NCBI RefSeq assembly: GCF_030028105.1
Contig: NC_092375.1
Span: 43,933,130-43,997,129 of the forward strand
Source: Mobula birostris
Taxonomy: Eukaryota
Reading direction: 5' to 3'
DNA length: 64,000 bases
Positions 48,180-61,330 of the stretch are shown piece by piece; within the stretch, counting starts at the first letter, position 1, and each line of letters opens with the position of its first letter. The notes beneath the pieces were generated by a model. It was not told where the DNA came from and did not search any database. It was given only the letters and a program-made list of their open reading frames with translations. A program made the translations under genes and the position numbers.

Positions 48180-51100
48180 TTGGCCAAATCAAAGATTCTG
48201 ATGAATTTTAGAGAGACTGAAAATCTGGTTGAGTCACGAGAGCCCTGCTGGCAGCTGATGGAGTATCAACATTTTAGATTACTCCTACCCTTTTTACCTT
48301 ATTGTCTCCTACCAGTGTTTTTTTTGAAACCTTATTATAATACTTTAATACTGCTTTACTATGGCTGGGAAAAGAGCAAAAGCTTCTGCAAAAGAAAGAG
48401 AAACAGAAGACGAATCCCCAGTCACTTTGGAATCAATCAGTGACTTCCTTAAACGGCAAAAATCTGAATTCTCCAAGGAGTTTCAACAGCTTAATGGCAA
48501 ATTGGATACAATCCAACAAACTTTAACTGAGCACGAGAACCAAATTCAGGAAAATACTGCAAAACTGGTGACATTTGAAGAGGATGTTGAAGATACATCT
48601 AACCTCTGCGAAGAGTTATCCTTAACCAATGAAAAAATTATGAAAAGGATTATCAGTCTAGAAAATAGAAACAGGAGAAATAACTTGCGAATTCTAGGTC
48701 TTCAATCAATTGAAGGCACTGACCCTACAAAGTTCTTTGCAAACTTTCTGAAAAAGCTACTCCCTGTTCTACTGACTTCTGAGTTGAAGCTTGATCAAGC
48801 TTTTCACTCGCCGACTTCGAAGCCATTGTCGTCGGCTGCGAGACCCAGGTCGGTCACTCTAAGTTTTCATGAATTTCATAATAAAGACCTTTTAATTCGC
48901 CATACCCGTCGACAAGGAATGATTGACTTCCATGGTTACAAGGTCAGATTTGTGGAAGATTATTCGCCTGAAGTTACGGCTGATCATATGAAATGTAAAG
49001 AAGTTATGTCGGAATTTTATAATAAAGGATTTGCACCTTATGAAGGAGGAGAAGGTGGAGGCGCGACGCAGCTCGCAGCAGCCACTCCGGTGAATGATAT
49101 CTGTGCACAATCCTGATTTGATGGAGACAGACGTGACAGCACCGAGGAACATCCGGTGAAACTACTGAAATGCCTGTTTCACTGCTGTTCGCTGCTACCG
49201 TGTGATCCAGAATCCCCAGAGGGGAAGGCCCCGAGTCCTCGGATTTGCTTGTTGCTCGGCGGCCAGGGCGGGGTTGAAGCACTCGGCAGAGATGGTGCTC
49301 GGTGTCGGAAGGCTGGTTGGAGGCTCGAAGTTTTTGGACGGACTCAGAATTGGCTGCAGTCCGGTGCTTCCAACGCATCAGCAAGTTTGCAGCGCTTGGA
49401 GGCAGGGAGAGTTTCTCCCTTCTACCCTCAGCATGAGATGATGGGGCTATCGGGACTTGAGCCATTTTTTTTTACCATGCCCATGGTCTGCTCTTCATCA
49501 AATTACGGTATTGCTTTGCACTGTTGTAACTATATGTTATAATTATGTTAGTTTTGGTTTGTCCTGTGTTTCTGTGATATCTCTCTGGAGCAACATTGTA
49601 TCATTTTTTAATGCATGCATTTCTAAATGACAATAAACGAGGACTGAGTGTCCTCATAATCTAATCTAATCTAAACCATCCCTTCTGTTTCCCACCCATC
49701 TGAGTATTGATTTGAAGAAAACAGATTGCGAAAAAGAATAAAGTTGGTTGAAAACGCAAAGGAGTTTCTGAAGGATGAAGCCTAAAACTGTTATATTTCT
49801 TATTTGATCAATTTTCTCCTCTGTTAATATGAATTTGAAATAAGGTTTCAATAAGCCTATGTTTTGGTTGTTCGTATATTGTTTTTTGTTGCATTTTTTT
49901 AATACTTTTTTATTATATCCCTTTTTGAGGCTTTATTTTAATACAGCTTTCTTTGAATTTGTTTAAACTAATCCTTTTATATTTCTGAATTCTGAGTTAT
50001 TTTTCTTTGTATGTTGTGTCTTGGTAGGGACATATTTGACCTTGTAGGATCGGAGTTTCTGTCAACAGGATTTTTTGGGGAGGGAACTTAGTTGTTAGCT
50101 CGCTGATTGTCTATTGGTCAGCTTTCTTGCTTTGGGTGGGGGAGGGAGTAGGGCCTATTTCTCTCTGGGAGCTGTGTTGGGTCGGTTATATGACTGCCTC
50201 TTTGACTACCTTACCTTACGGTTTGCTTTCTAGTTTTTATAACTTATGGCCAGATATTTTAATTACATAATGATTTCTATTTAAAATGGTTCAAAATACT
50301 AACTTATTTAGTTTGAATATGAAAGGGCTGAATCATCCCATTAAACAGAACAAAGTGTTTGCTTATATTAAAAAATTAAAAGCACCCATTATTTTCTTAC
50401 AAAAAACACACATACGCAACTGTGATAGCTTACATTTGTTTACTCGGTGGAAGGGTATGCAGTTCCACTCTTCGTTTGATGGAAAATCACGTGAAGTTTT
50501 GATTTTTGTAGATAATAGCTTCCTTTGTTCAGCATACAGTTGTTTTGGATCCTAATGGTCGATTTGTTATTGTATCAGGGAGTTTAGACAGTAAATTGAT
50601 TGTTTGCCAGATTTGTGTACTTACTGTCTTGTGATGGGAGGAGATTTTACCTGCTGGTTAGATCCAGTATTAGATCACTCATCTGTCAAACCAGCCACAC
50701 TTAATAAATCAGCTTTGTTTATCCAACCCTTTCTAACTAAATGTGGTATAGTTGATGTTTGGCATTTTCTTCATCCGACGGACAGGGAGTATTCTTTTTT
50801 CTCTCATGCCCATCATTCTTATACCAGGATTGATTATTTTTTTATTGACAGTCAAATGATTCCATTGGTTCAATCGATCGAAAATAAAGAGATTGCTATT
50901 TCTGACCACTCTCCTGTACTTCTATCTTTAAATCTCCCTGGTTCTATCCCTATGAGTAGATTTTGGCGATTTAATTTAACTCTGCTATCCAATGAGGACT
51001 TTTTAAAACTTATGGAAAATCAAATTACTCTTTTTTTTTGAAGAAAATACTTTGGAAGAGACGTCTTGTCTTATTATATGGGATACTTTTAAAGCATATA

Positions 51101-54100
51101 TCCAGGGTCAAATTATGTCTTATACTGCAAATATCATTATAAAAGCTAACAAAGAGAGAAACGAACTAGCTATTCAGTTAAAACTGGACCATAAATATGC
51201 TTCGATACCCGACCCTGAAACATATAAGAGACGTATTGAAACCAAAACTAAATATGATCTTCTTTTAACCCATCCTATTGAAAGCCAGCTTATAAAAGAT
51301 AGAAGTCAATTTTATATTCACGGAGATAAAACTGGTAAGCTACCGGTTAATCAATTGAAGCCATTTTTAGCCAAGTGGCAAATTAAAGAAATACCTAAAA
51401 TTAATGGGGACATTAGTGAGAGTAAGAGTTCAGCACGGACTAGAAGGGCCGAGATGGCCTGTTTCCATGCTGTAATTGTTATATGGTTATACGACAACTG
51501 ACCACTTTGAAATTAATGACACTTTGAGGGAATTTTATTTCAAAATGTATAGTTCTGACTCTGTTAAGGATAATATTGCAATGAATAATTTTTTAGATCA
51601 AGTGAATATTCCTAATCTTTCAATAGATGATCGTAGGCAATTGGATTAACCCATTTCCCAGGAGGAAATTGCTCAGGCTATTCGAGAATTGCATTCTGGG
51701 AAATCCCCAGGATCCGATGGATTCTCTGCAGAGTTTTATAAGGCTTTTTCCTCCCTTATACCACATTTATGTTCTACCCTTACAGATTCCTTTAAGGTAG
51801 GAAGATTACCGCAGTCCTTTTTACAAAGCTTCCATTTCGCTTCTTCTCAAAAAGAATAAGAATCCTACTGAATGTTCTTCGTATAGACCTATCTCTTTAC
51901 TCAGTTTTGATAACTAAAATTTTATCTAGTGTTGGATCGCAGACTTGAAAATATTTTATCTTCTATAGTTTCGGATGATCAGACAAGATTTATTAAAAAG
52001 CGATATTCCAATTTTAATATATGGCCTTTGTTAAATGTTATGCATTCTCCATCTAAGGAAATATCGGAATGTGTGATATCTTTGGATGCAGAGATGGCCT
52101 TTGACAGAGTTGAATAGAATTTACATCCTTAGAAAAAAGTAATTTTGGACCTAATTTTATTCATTGGATTAAATTACTTTATTTATCTCCCTCCGCTCGG
52201 GTCCTTACTAATCTTCAGAATTCTAAACCCCTTAAACTCCACTGTGGAACTAGACAAAGTTGTCCTTTGAGCCCTCTGCTTTCTGATTTGGTATTAGAAC
52301 CCTTAGCAATTGCTTTTCAAGTGTCTAAAGAGATTACTGGTATTTTAAGGAGAGGTACTATCCATAAAGTGTCGCTCTATGCTGATGACTTATTGCTTTT
52401 TCTATCTAATGTTATAACCTCCTTACCATTTGTGTTTCGTTTACTGACTAATTTTAGTCAGTTCTCAGGACATAAACTAAATTTACATAAAAGTAAACTG
52501 TTTCCTTTAAACAATTTAATACCAACTAATATTAACCTTCCTTTTAAAATTTAACAAAAACAATTTATGTATTTAGGAGTAACAATTACTAAGAAATATA
52601 AAGACTTATTAAAGGAAAATTTTTTAACTTTATTGAATTAAGTTAAAAAAGCACTTTCTAGTTGGTCGCCTCTCTATCTATCATTGATTGGCCAAATTAA
52701 TTCTATTAAAATGAATATCTTACCTAAATTTATATACCTCTTTTCAAGCTGTGCCTGTTTTTATTCCTAAAACTTTTTTTGACTCTTTGGATTCAATTCT
52801 TTCTTCTTATAAATGGAAGAATACCAAACCTCTTATAAATAAAGCTCACCTTCAAAAAAAAACAAACAGAATGGTGGCTTTGCCTTACCCAACTTTAGCT
52901 TATATTATTGGGCAATTAATATACAAAATATTACGTTCTAGATATATTACATTAACCATGAGAATTGCCCTATATGGGTTTCTTTGGAAGTCAAGTCTAT
53001 TACGAAATTTTCCATTATTTCTTTACTTGGATCCTCACTTCCTTTATCTTTAAATAAGCTAACTGACAATCTGGTGGTCAAACATACTTTGAGGATTTGG
53101 TTACAGTTCAGAAAACATTTTGGTTTATTGAGATTCTCCCTCTCGAGCCTCATCTTTTCTAATTGTTTTTTAAACCATCTTTAATTGACTTATCTTTCAA
53201 AGAATGGGATAGATAGGGTATTAAACGATTTTAGCATTTGTTTGATGGAGAGAATCTCTTCTTTTTTGCAACTTTCAACGAAATTTAACCTTCGCAATAC
53301 CCACTTTTTTCAATATTTACAGCTTAGAGATTTTTAAAGATCTCAATTATATACATTTCCTACAAGTCCAGATAAGGATAATAGATACAATTTTTAATCT
53401 GAAACCCTTTGACAACGGTTCAATATCTTACATTTATGGTCTGCTATTGGGACTGAAAAAGGCCTATTTAGACAAAATTAAAGGAGACTGGGAAAAGGAT
53501 TTACAGATTTTCAAATCTGAAGAGAGCTGAAGATTATTTTAAAATTGATTAATTTTTCATCATTATGTGCTCGTCATTTTCTATTACAATGCAAAGTGGT
53601 ACATAGAGTTCATATGTCTAAAGACAAGCTCTCTCGTTTCTACGCAAATATTTCCCCTTACTGTGACAGATGTACTAATGGAATGGCCACACTAATTCAT
53701 ACGTTTTGGACATGTCTGAGCCTTGAAAAATTTTGGAAAGATGTATTTCAAACTTTTTCTGTACTCTTCAATGTTACTTTTAAGCCCAATCCTTTGACTG
53801 CCATGTTTGGTATTGTCAAGGATAGCGCGACAAAACTGAAGCCATCTAATTTGCGGGTATTGGCCTTTATGTCTCTTATGGCCAGGAGGGTGATCTTGCT
53901 CAAGTGGAAGGAGACTGCCCCGCCCACTCATGCTCAATGGTTATCTGATGTTATGTTATGCCTTGATATAGAGAAGATTCATTGTTCGATTTCTGGTTCA
54001 AAACGTGATTTTCTAATGTTATGGGGACCCTTTCTGAGTTATTTTCATAATCTTTGAACTGTTATTAAAGTATGGATCTGAGCCATTATATTATTATTAT

Positions 54101-54370
54101 AATATTAATTGTAAAGGTATCTCTTTTTTTCCTTCTCTTTTTTTTTAACCAACCAGCACATTTTGGTGGTGGGGGTAGATTTTTGTTAATAAAATACAAT
54201 TATTTTACCTTATTTCATTTCATAATTCAATTTTTTTTCTACGATTGATTTGGAATATGGGATACTGTGTTTTAAATGTAATGCAATTTATATTACTTAT
54301 TTGTATCCTAATGAATTTTGTATTTGTATTTATGCAATTTATATAATATTAATTAAAATATAGAAAGAGA
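48180..54370 (+). mobile_element. Near full-length degenerate L1-clade LINE (ORF1 48361-49741, ORF2 50286-54057)
   Basis: ORF1 coiled coil plus ENRNRRNNLRILGL. ORF2 endonuclease SLNMKGLNHPIK..FLQKTH and SDHSPV, RT SLDAEMAFDRVE and SLYADDLLL, C-terminal CDRC..HTFWTC. A-rich end. Many frameshifts. Confidence 0.92.
49033..49672 (+). mobile_element. Unclassified retro-repeat inserted in L1 ORF1, (CTAAT)n tail
   Basis: ORF1 breaks after KGF and resumes KPSLLFP at ~49673. Body is homologous to 20911-21389. Confidence 0.75.
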
Positions 54371-54439
54371 AAATCCAGTTAAGTGATGCCAAAACACTAG
54401 TCCCTCACTCAGCGTCAGCAAAACCTAAGAGCTGATTAT

Positions 54440-55740
54440 CATCTGCAGGAGGATGAAGCTCATTCCGGGAATGGAAGTGGAGAAGGCAGTAGCTTTAAAT
54501 TTCTTGGCGCTGATATATCAGAGAATATTTCCTGGAACCAGCAACTAAGTGTTATCACAAAGAAGGCACAACAGTGCCCTTACTTTCTTAGAAGTTTATG
54601 CATTCCTGGCATGTCACAAAGAATTCCGACAATCTTCTACAGATGCACAGTATAAAGTATCCAAACTAGTTGCATCATGGCTCAGCATGGAAAGTTGTCC
54701 CCGGGAATGGTGAAGGTTACAGAAAGTAGTGGATACAGCCCAGTCCATCACAGTCAAAGCCCTTCCCACCATTGAGGATATTTACATGGAATGCTGCGAC
54801 AAGAAAATAGCATCCATCATTAAAGACCCCCACCAAATGGGCCAGTCTCTTTTCTATACTACCGCTGGGCAGGAGGTACAGAAGCTTAGGCTCCCAGGGA
54901 CAGTTATTACCCTACTACCATCAGACTCCTGTTCCAGAAAGGATAATTTCAATCACCCCGACTCTGAACTGATTCTATGACTTACAGACTCACTTTCAAG
55001 GATCCTTTACAACTCATTTTTATGTGCACAATTCATCATTTGCACATTAGCTGTCAGTTGTTTGTCACTTTGTCTACTCATGAATAATTTTTCATAAAAT
55101 TCTACTTTGAATTGATTTGAATTATTTAAATGATACATCCGTCCCGCAACACAAGGGAGTAAAAATCTTCCGTCACAATGTCTAATGGCTTGTAGAAAGA
55201 AGCTGTTCCGTAGCCTGTTGGTCCTGGCTTCAATGTTGCGGTACCATTTACCAGACAGAAGCAGCTGAAACAGTTTATGGCTGGGGGTGAGTGGTGTCTC
55301 CGATTATCTTCCAAGCCTTCTTTATGCACCTACTGTTATAAATGTCCTCAATGGAGGGAAGTTCACATCCACAGATGCACTAGGCTGTCCGTACCACTCT
55401 GCATGCAGTACCCAGCGATCAAGGGTGGTGCAGTTCCCATACCAGGCGGTGGTGGAGCCAGACAGAATGCTCTCAATGGGGCCCCTGTAGAAGGTCTTGA
55501 GGATTTGGGGGCTCATGCCGAACTTTTTCAGTCGCCTGAGGTGGAAGAGACGCTGCTGTGCTGTTGTTGGCACACAGCCAGTGTGTACATTCCAGATGAG
55601 ATCATTGGTGATGTGAATACTGAGGAACTTGAAACTACTCACCCTCTCAACCACAGTCCCATTGGTATCTCCATTCCTCTTGTAATCCACGATCAGCTGT
55701 TTTGTTTTTGTTTGGTACGTCTTTTTTCCCCTGTAAACAC
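54440..55740. mobile_element. Two Rex1/Babar LINE 3' fragments (plus 54440-55090, minus 55130-55740)
   Basis: TKQLIVDYKR..VERVSSFKFL..QRLFHLRRLKKFGMS..FYRGPIESILSG motif. Confidence 0.85.
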
Positions 55741-56084
55741 CTTTAAGAAAAAGTAATCTCAAGGTAGTATTTGGTAACATATAGTATGTATCAGTCCTGA
55801 AGAAGGGTCTCGGCCCAAAACATCAATTGTTTACTCTCTTCCACAGATGCCGCCTGACCTGCTAAGTTCCTCCAGCACTTAGTGAGTGTTGCTAGGGTAA
55901 CATATAGGTACTTTGATAACTTCACTTTGACTTTGATCTCTGGAAGGAGATGGACAGTTGATATTTCAGGTCAACACTTGTTATCTGGATCCTTCAATCC
56001 AATGAATGGTCTTGACTCGAAACATCGACTGTCCATTTCCCTGCACAAATACTACCTGATCCACTGTGATCCGGCAGTTTGACC

Positions 56085-57180
56085 ATACATAGAAGCAGAA
56101 GTCGGACATTCAACCAATTAAGTCTGCTCTGCCATTTCATCATGACTAATTTATTATCCCTCTCAATCACATTCCCATGCCTTCTCCTCATAACATCTGA
56201 CACCTTGACTCAACCCATCTCCATTTTAAACATAATGACTTGGCCTCCATAGCCACCTGTGGCAATAGATTCCACAGATTCATTTTCCCTCTGGCTAAAG
56301 AAATTTCTCTACATCTCTGTTCTAAATGGACGTCCCTTTATTCTGAGGCTGGGACCTCTAGTCCTAGGCTCACTCACGAAAGGAAACATCCTCTCCAATT
56401 CCACTCTAAGCCTTTCAATATTTAATAGCTTTCAATGAGATCTCCCCCTCAATCTTCTAAAGTCCAGCAAGTACATGCTCCTCATATGTTAACCCTTTCA
56501 TTCCCAGAATCATTCCCATGAACCTCCTCTGGAGGAGCACATCTTTTCTTGGATAAGGGGCCCAAAACTGCTCACAATACTCAAAGACCAGTCTGACCAA
56601 TGCTTTATAAAGCCTCAGGATCACATCTTTTCTCTTATATTCTAGTCCTCTCCAGATGAATGCAAACATTGTATTCGCCTTCCTTATCACCAACTCACCC
56701 TGCAAGTTAACCTTGAGGGAATCCTGCAGCACTCCCAAGTCCCACTGCACCTCTGATTTTTGAATTTTCTCCCCATTTACAAAATAGTCTACGCTTTTAT
56801 TCCTTCTACCAATGTGCATGACCGTACACTATATTCCATCTATTCTAGCAACTTTTATGTGTGTTGCTATATTCCATCTGCCACTTTTTTGCTCATTGTC
56901 CCAAACTGTCTGTCCTTCTGTAGACTCCCTACTTCCTCAACACTATCTGCCCTTGCACTAATCTTCGTATCATCCGCAGTCTTCGCCACAAAGCCATCAA
57001 TTTCATCATCCAAATCATTGCAATAACATAAAAAGAAGCAGTCCCGATACCGACCCCTGCAGAGCATCGCTAGTCACCAGCTGCCAACCAGAGCAGGCCT
57101 CCTTTCTGCCAACTCTTTGCCTCCTGCCAGTCAGCCAATCATCTATTCATGCTAGTATCTTTCTTGTAATACCATGGACT
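56085..57180 (-). mobile_element. CR1 3' fragment
   Basis: VAKTADDTKI and ANTMFAFIWRGLEYK..LYKALVRL..EYCEQFWAP, with CR1 tail. Confidence 0.85.
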
Positions 57181-58442
57181 CTTATGTCTAATAGTAAGTG
57201 TTCCTTATGAAAGCCAGAGCAAAACAATGATTGAAAACTGAGTTGAACATAAGAAACACTAAAAGTGATTCCAACACATTTTCACTTTTAAATCTTACAT
57301 CCTGTATACTAAGCGTTTAGGAATTCTACACATGGGTATTAAGGAGGCCAAAAAACTATTAGAAGAAATTGCTTCTAAACAAAATGTCTTTGCTGCAATT
57401 GGCATTAGATGCTCTCAATTGTCCACAACATGAGATTTCAACCTTTGACTCCGTACATCGAATAACCCGAAGTGCATAATCATATTCTTTATCTAAGTAC
57501 CAAGTGCAGAAAATCTGGCTAGAAAGATTAACATAAATTGCTGCTATTGTGTTTATAAAATATGTGAAGCTCTCAAACTCCTTTACCAAAAAAAAATTCA
57601 AAACGGAGACATTATGTTAACTTTATGTGGAAAACGTTGCTTTTACCACACGTGGGAGAACTGTTCTGGGGACCACATGAAAACATCCAGACAGTAAAGA
57701 AAATGTTCAAAAACTTAATTATACAGTACCAGGGCGATTTGGTTTCACACTGAGGAAAGGCCATTACTACAAAAACTGTATACCAACTTAACGAAAGCCT
57801 CAAAAATATTTTTAAGATTAAGAGTTATCTAAAAATAATTGACTATAAATATCAAGCCATCAAATATTCAAGATCGTCATCCTCCCTAACTAAGATGGGG
57901 GGTTGGGCCAAGGGCCTCCGCCATAATGTACTTCCATACTTTCCACCGCCAAAATCAATGTTCAAACCTTTTAAAATCTCTCACATAAAAGTAGATGTTA
58001 TAAACACTCAGAAGGTCATCGTGGAAAGAGAAAATTAGGGCACATTTCTGGTCGGCAACCTGAAATATTAACTCTGCTACACACATCAAAGTTGCTGGTG
58101 AACGCAGCAGGCCAGGCAGCATCTCTAGGAAGAGGTACAGTCGACGTTTCGGGCCGAGACCCTTCGTTAACTCTGCTTCTCTCTCCATGGATGCGACCTG
58201 ATCTGCTGCGTGTTTCCAATATTTTTCCGATTTGTTACATCTCCGGTATCTGCGGACATTTCTGCTCTTCTATAATCTCTCAACGCCTTGTTAGTACCTA
58301 TTCCCAATAAAGCACGAACAATATATCGCATTATCACGATCAATAATCTTAGTAGACCTCGTAATATTAAATAGATCAAACATGCTTTCAGCTAGAATAA
58401 TAACCTGCAAAATATCCTCAAAAACGTAGAATTTACATGTAC

Positions 58443-58516
58443 CTTAGCAGAAAACCCGGTTTAGTCCCGGTCCTACGATCTTCTCAAAACCCCTTTTGCG
58501 GTAAAGCGTCTAACCT
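58443..58516 (-). other. Candidate non-coding 5' exon of the B7-family gene
   Basis: Strong acceptor gttttttttcttgtttgtgttcAG, donor AAG|GTACAT, 74 nt, no ATG. A second donor GAAG|GTATGA at 58663 suggests a further upstream exon. Assignment to the B7 gene is inferred. Confidence 0.4.
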
Positions 58517-59194
58517 CTGAACACAAACAAGAAAAAAAACTAGTAGAGAGGAAGGATCTGAGCTGAGCACCAATAAAACGCCGCGCCAAACGTTTCGTCA
58601 GAAGTTGTTGGTCAGAAAGGAACTGAACAGGTTGCGCTCGCAGCGATGCTCGTCCTTCATACCTTCCGCCGATATAAACCCAGTCGCGAATCTGCCTTTG
58701 TTTTCAGGTACCGACATCATGAAGACGATATGCAAAGCCCCGCAATTATTTGAATACTCAAATATTAATGTTTTGTAATGTAGTACATTAATCAAAATAC
58801 TTAGCTAATGAAACTGAACTTTGCGGCAGCAGTACATTGCAAAACATGATAAATATAGAAAAAAACCGTGAATAGTGTTAAATAGGTAGTGCAAAAACAG
58901 AAATAGAAAAGTAGTGCGGTAGCGTTCGAGGGCTCAATGGCAGAGAGGACGAAGCTGTTCCCGAATCGCTGTGTGTGCGCCTTCAGGAACTGTGTGTATC
59001 TCCTTCCTGAAGGTTAACAATGAGAAGCGGGCACGTTCAGAGTGGTGGGGTCCTTAATGATGGACGCCACAATATTAATTTGAATATCCGAATTGTTCTT
59101 CGGAATTTATTTCAAAATAATTTAGAACGAGTCATCGAAGATCAGTGGCCATAAACGGACCAATTCCGAGTAATAGGAACTGCGTATAAACGGA

Positions 59195-59211
59195 GAAACG
59201 AAACTGAAAGT
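59195..59211. promoter_or_regulatory. Tandem ISRE/IRF element GAAACGAAACTGAAAGT
   Basis: Contains the GAAANNGAAA consensus plus a third GAAA, within CpG-rich unique sequence. Confidence 0.6.
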
Positions 59212-60059
59212 GAGTGAGTGGAAATTTTGAAAACAATCCCCGCTTCACCCCCAACAGCCCGATCAGCGACCCTCCTATGGTATGATCATTATCGTCCGCA
59301 GTTATGTTTTGTATTTCTGTTGCGCGCTCGTATTGAAGAGTATACGGGAACTTAAAAGTGTGCAGATGGCCGTTTTCGACAGCATAGTGACTGCTTCGCC
59401 GCCTCAGTGACCAGGGGTGTTGTCTGCACATTCTCCCTTGTGAGTATTTCGGTTTCGTCCCACATCCATGGTAGGTTAACAGGCCACAGTATATAGGTGA
59501 GTGGCAGGAGAATCAAGACACAGGCAATAGCTGTAAATAGATAATGGGAAAATAAGAGGGGGGATGGCACTGATGGAAATGCTCTCAGAACCAGAATAGA
59601 ATTGATGGGCTGAATGGCATTATTCTGTGTGGCTGTAGATATATTAAAAATACACTCGGAGGAAAAAATGTCTGGTAGCAGCTGTAGGAAGAAACAGTTA
59701 ATGTTTCAGGGCAATTAATTTTATCAGAACCAGGAAAAAAGTTGAAAGATAAAGCAAGGTGCAAAGAAAGGAATAGAAGAGGAAACAGGATTAATAATAT
59801 TTGTGTTCGAAAAGCATGAACACGTGTGGCTGTGGCTTTTTGTGCTTGTACTGAGAGATTCCCCACAGTCCCTCAGGAAGGATCTCTGCTGGGGTAGTTC
59901 CAAAATACTTGCATAGTGATTAGGCACAATGCCTGGAGTTCAATTGCTGCAGCTCAGCTGCCAATATTGGGAACATTATGTCAGCTGTTGGACAGCCTGT
60001 ACTAGCATTGTACATGATAACCATATTTAAAAATAGGGCCAATGGTCCAATAAGAGGCA

Positions 60060-61330
60060 ATTGGTAACCTATCTTTTTTATTCTCTTTTGTCTTTTCTTT
60101 CTTTTAACTGTTCATTCCTCCCTTTTTATACATATTCCTTGCTCATTCATGTTTATCCTCCCTTCTGCCTTTATCCTCCTCCCTCCCTCATCCTCCTTCA
60201 TCCACTCCACCCTCATTCTACCACCCACTTCCATCCTCCATCTTACCTTACTTTCCCAATTTCTTCCCTTTACTCCTTCCACCTCTCAATCTCTACCTCA
60301 CTCTAACCTCTCTCCCTCTCCACCATTTCATTTCTCCTCTCCTCTATCAGCAATAGCCATAGGCAATTTGGAAAACTTATCAATACACTGTTATTGGCAA
60401 ACATCTTTCTCCCCTTTTCACTGATCTATTTGAAGAGACTACCAATAACATCACTGTTGGCAACACCATTGCTGTTGGCAGAACCTCAGATGAAGCTCAG
60501 GAGGTGTACAGGAGCAAGATAGATTGGCTGGTTTAGTGGTGAAATCACCCTACACCAGCAAGACCAAGGAATTGCTTGTGGACTTCAAGAAGGGTAAGTT
60601 GGGGGAATACACATCAGTCCTCATTGAGGGGTCAGCAATGGAAATGAAGAGCAGCTTCAGTTTCCTGGGCATCAACATCTCAGAGCATCTGTCCTTGACC
60701 CAACACATTGATGCAATCATGAAGAAGGAAATCATGAGTGGCTATTCTTCATTGGGAGTTTGGGGAGATTTGGTATGTAATGTGAGCAAGTTTCTGCAAA
60801 CGTACATTGGAGTGCATTCTGACTGGTTGCATCAACGCCTGGTATAGAGGCTTTGTTCCTACTTCCCTCCTCCCACCTTTCTCCATTGCTGTGTTATCTC
60901 TGCCTTCTTAAGCCCATATCCTCTCACCTCCTCCTTCTGTTTCACCTTCTCCTGTACACCCTCCTGTTTCTCCCTTTCTGCTCTCCATCTCCATCACCAT
61001 CACCTTCTCCCTTCACCTCGACCACCCTCTTCCCTTTGCTCCCACTATTTGCTGCTGAAAAATCTACTAAAACTCTCTCCCTCCTCCCAACCCCTCTTTT
61101 CTTTCTCCCATGTGCCTTCACATTCCTCTAATCCTGTATCAACAGATGTCAAAAGTTAGGTTGGTTTAGCCAGTTGTCAAAGATGTTCTGCTCAGAATTT
61201 GATGTCAGTGAAGTTTGCAGACCTTTCTTTTACTTTCTTTAAACTTTTTCACTCTCTTCTTTCCTTCCATCCATATCCTTCTTCAGCCTTTCCTGCAATC
61301 ATCTTTCCTCTCCATTCACTACACTTAGCT
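60060..61330. repeat. Pyrimidine-rich low-complexity tracts around the Rex fragment
   Basis: Long CT-rich stretches at 60060-60420, 60860-61130 and 61220-61330. Confidence 0.7.
60490..60850 (+). mobile_element. Rex1/Babar LINE fragment
   Basis: SKTKELLVDFKKG..SSFSFLGINISEHLS. Confidence 0.75.

Noticed and set aside
49004-49542. Overlapping 128-153 aa ORFs after L1 ORF1
   Set aside because: They fall inside a GC-rich repeat inserted in ORF1, with a related copy at 20911-21389.
57612-57803. Signal-peptide-like ORF MRLSLSWYTVFVVMAF
   Set aside because: It begins at TTG, has no convincing splice support, and a better leader exon exists at 44585-44633.
60061-61131. Leu/Ser/Pro/Phe-rich ORFs
   Set aside because: Translations of CT-rich low-complexity DNA.
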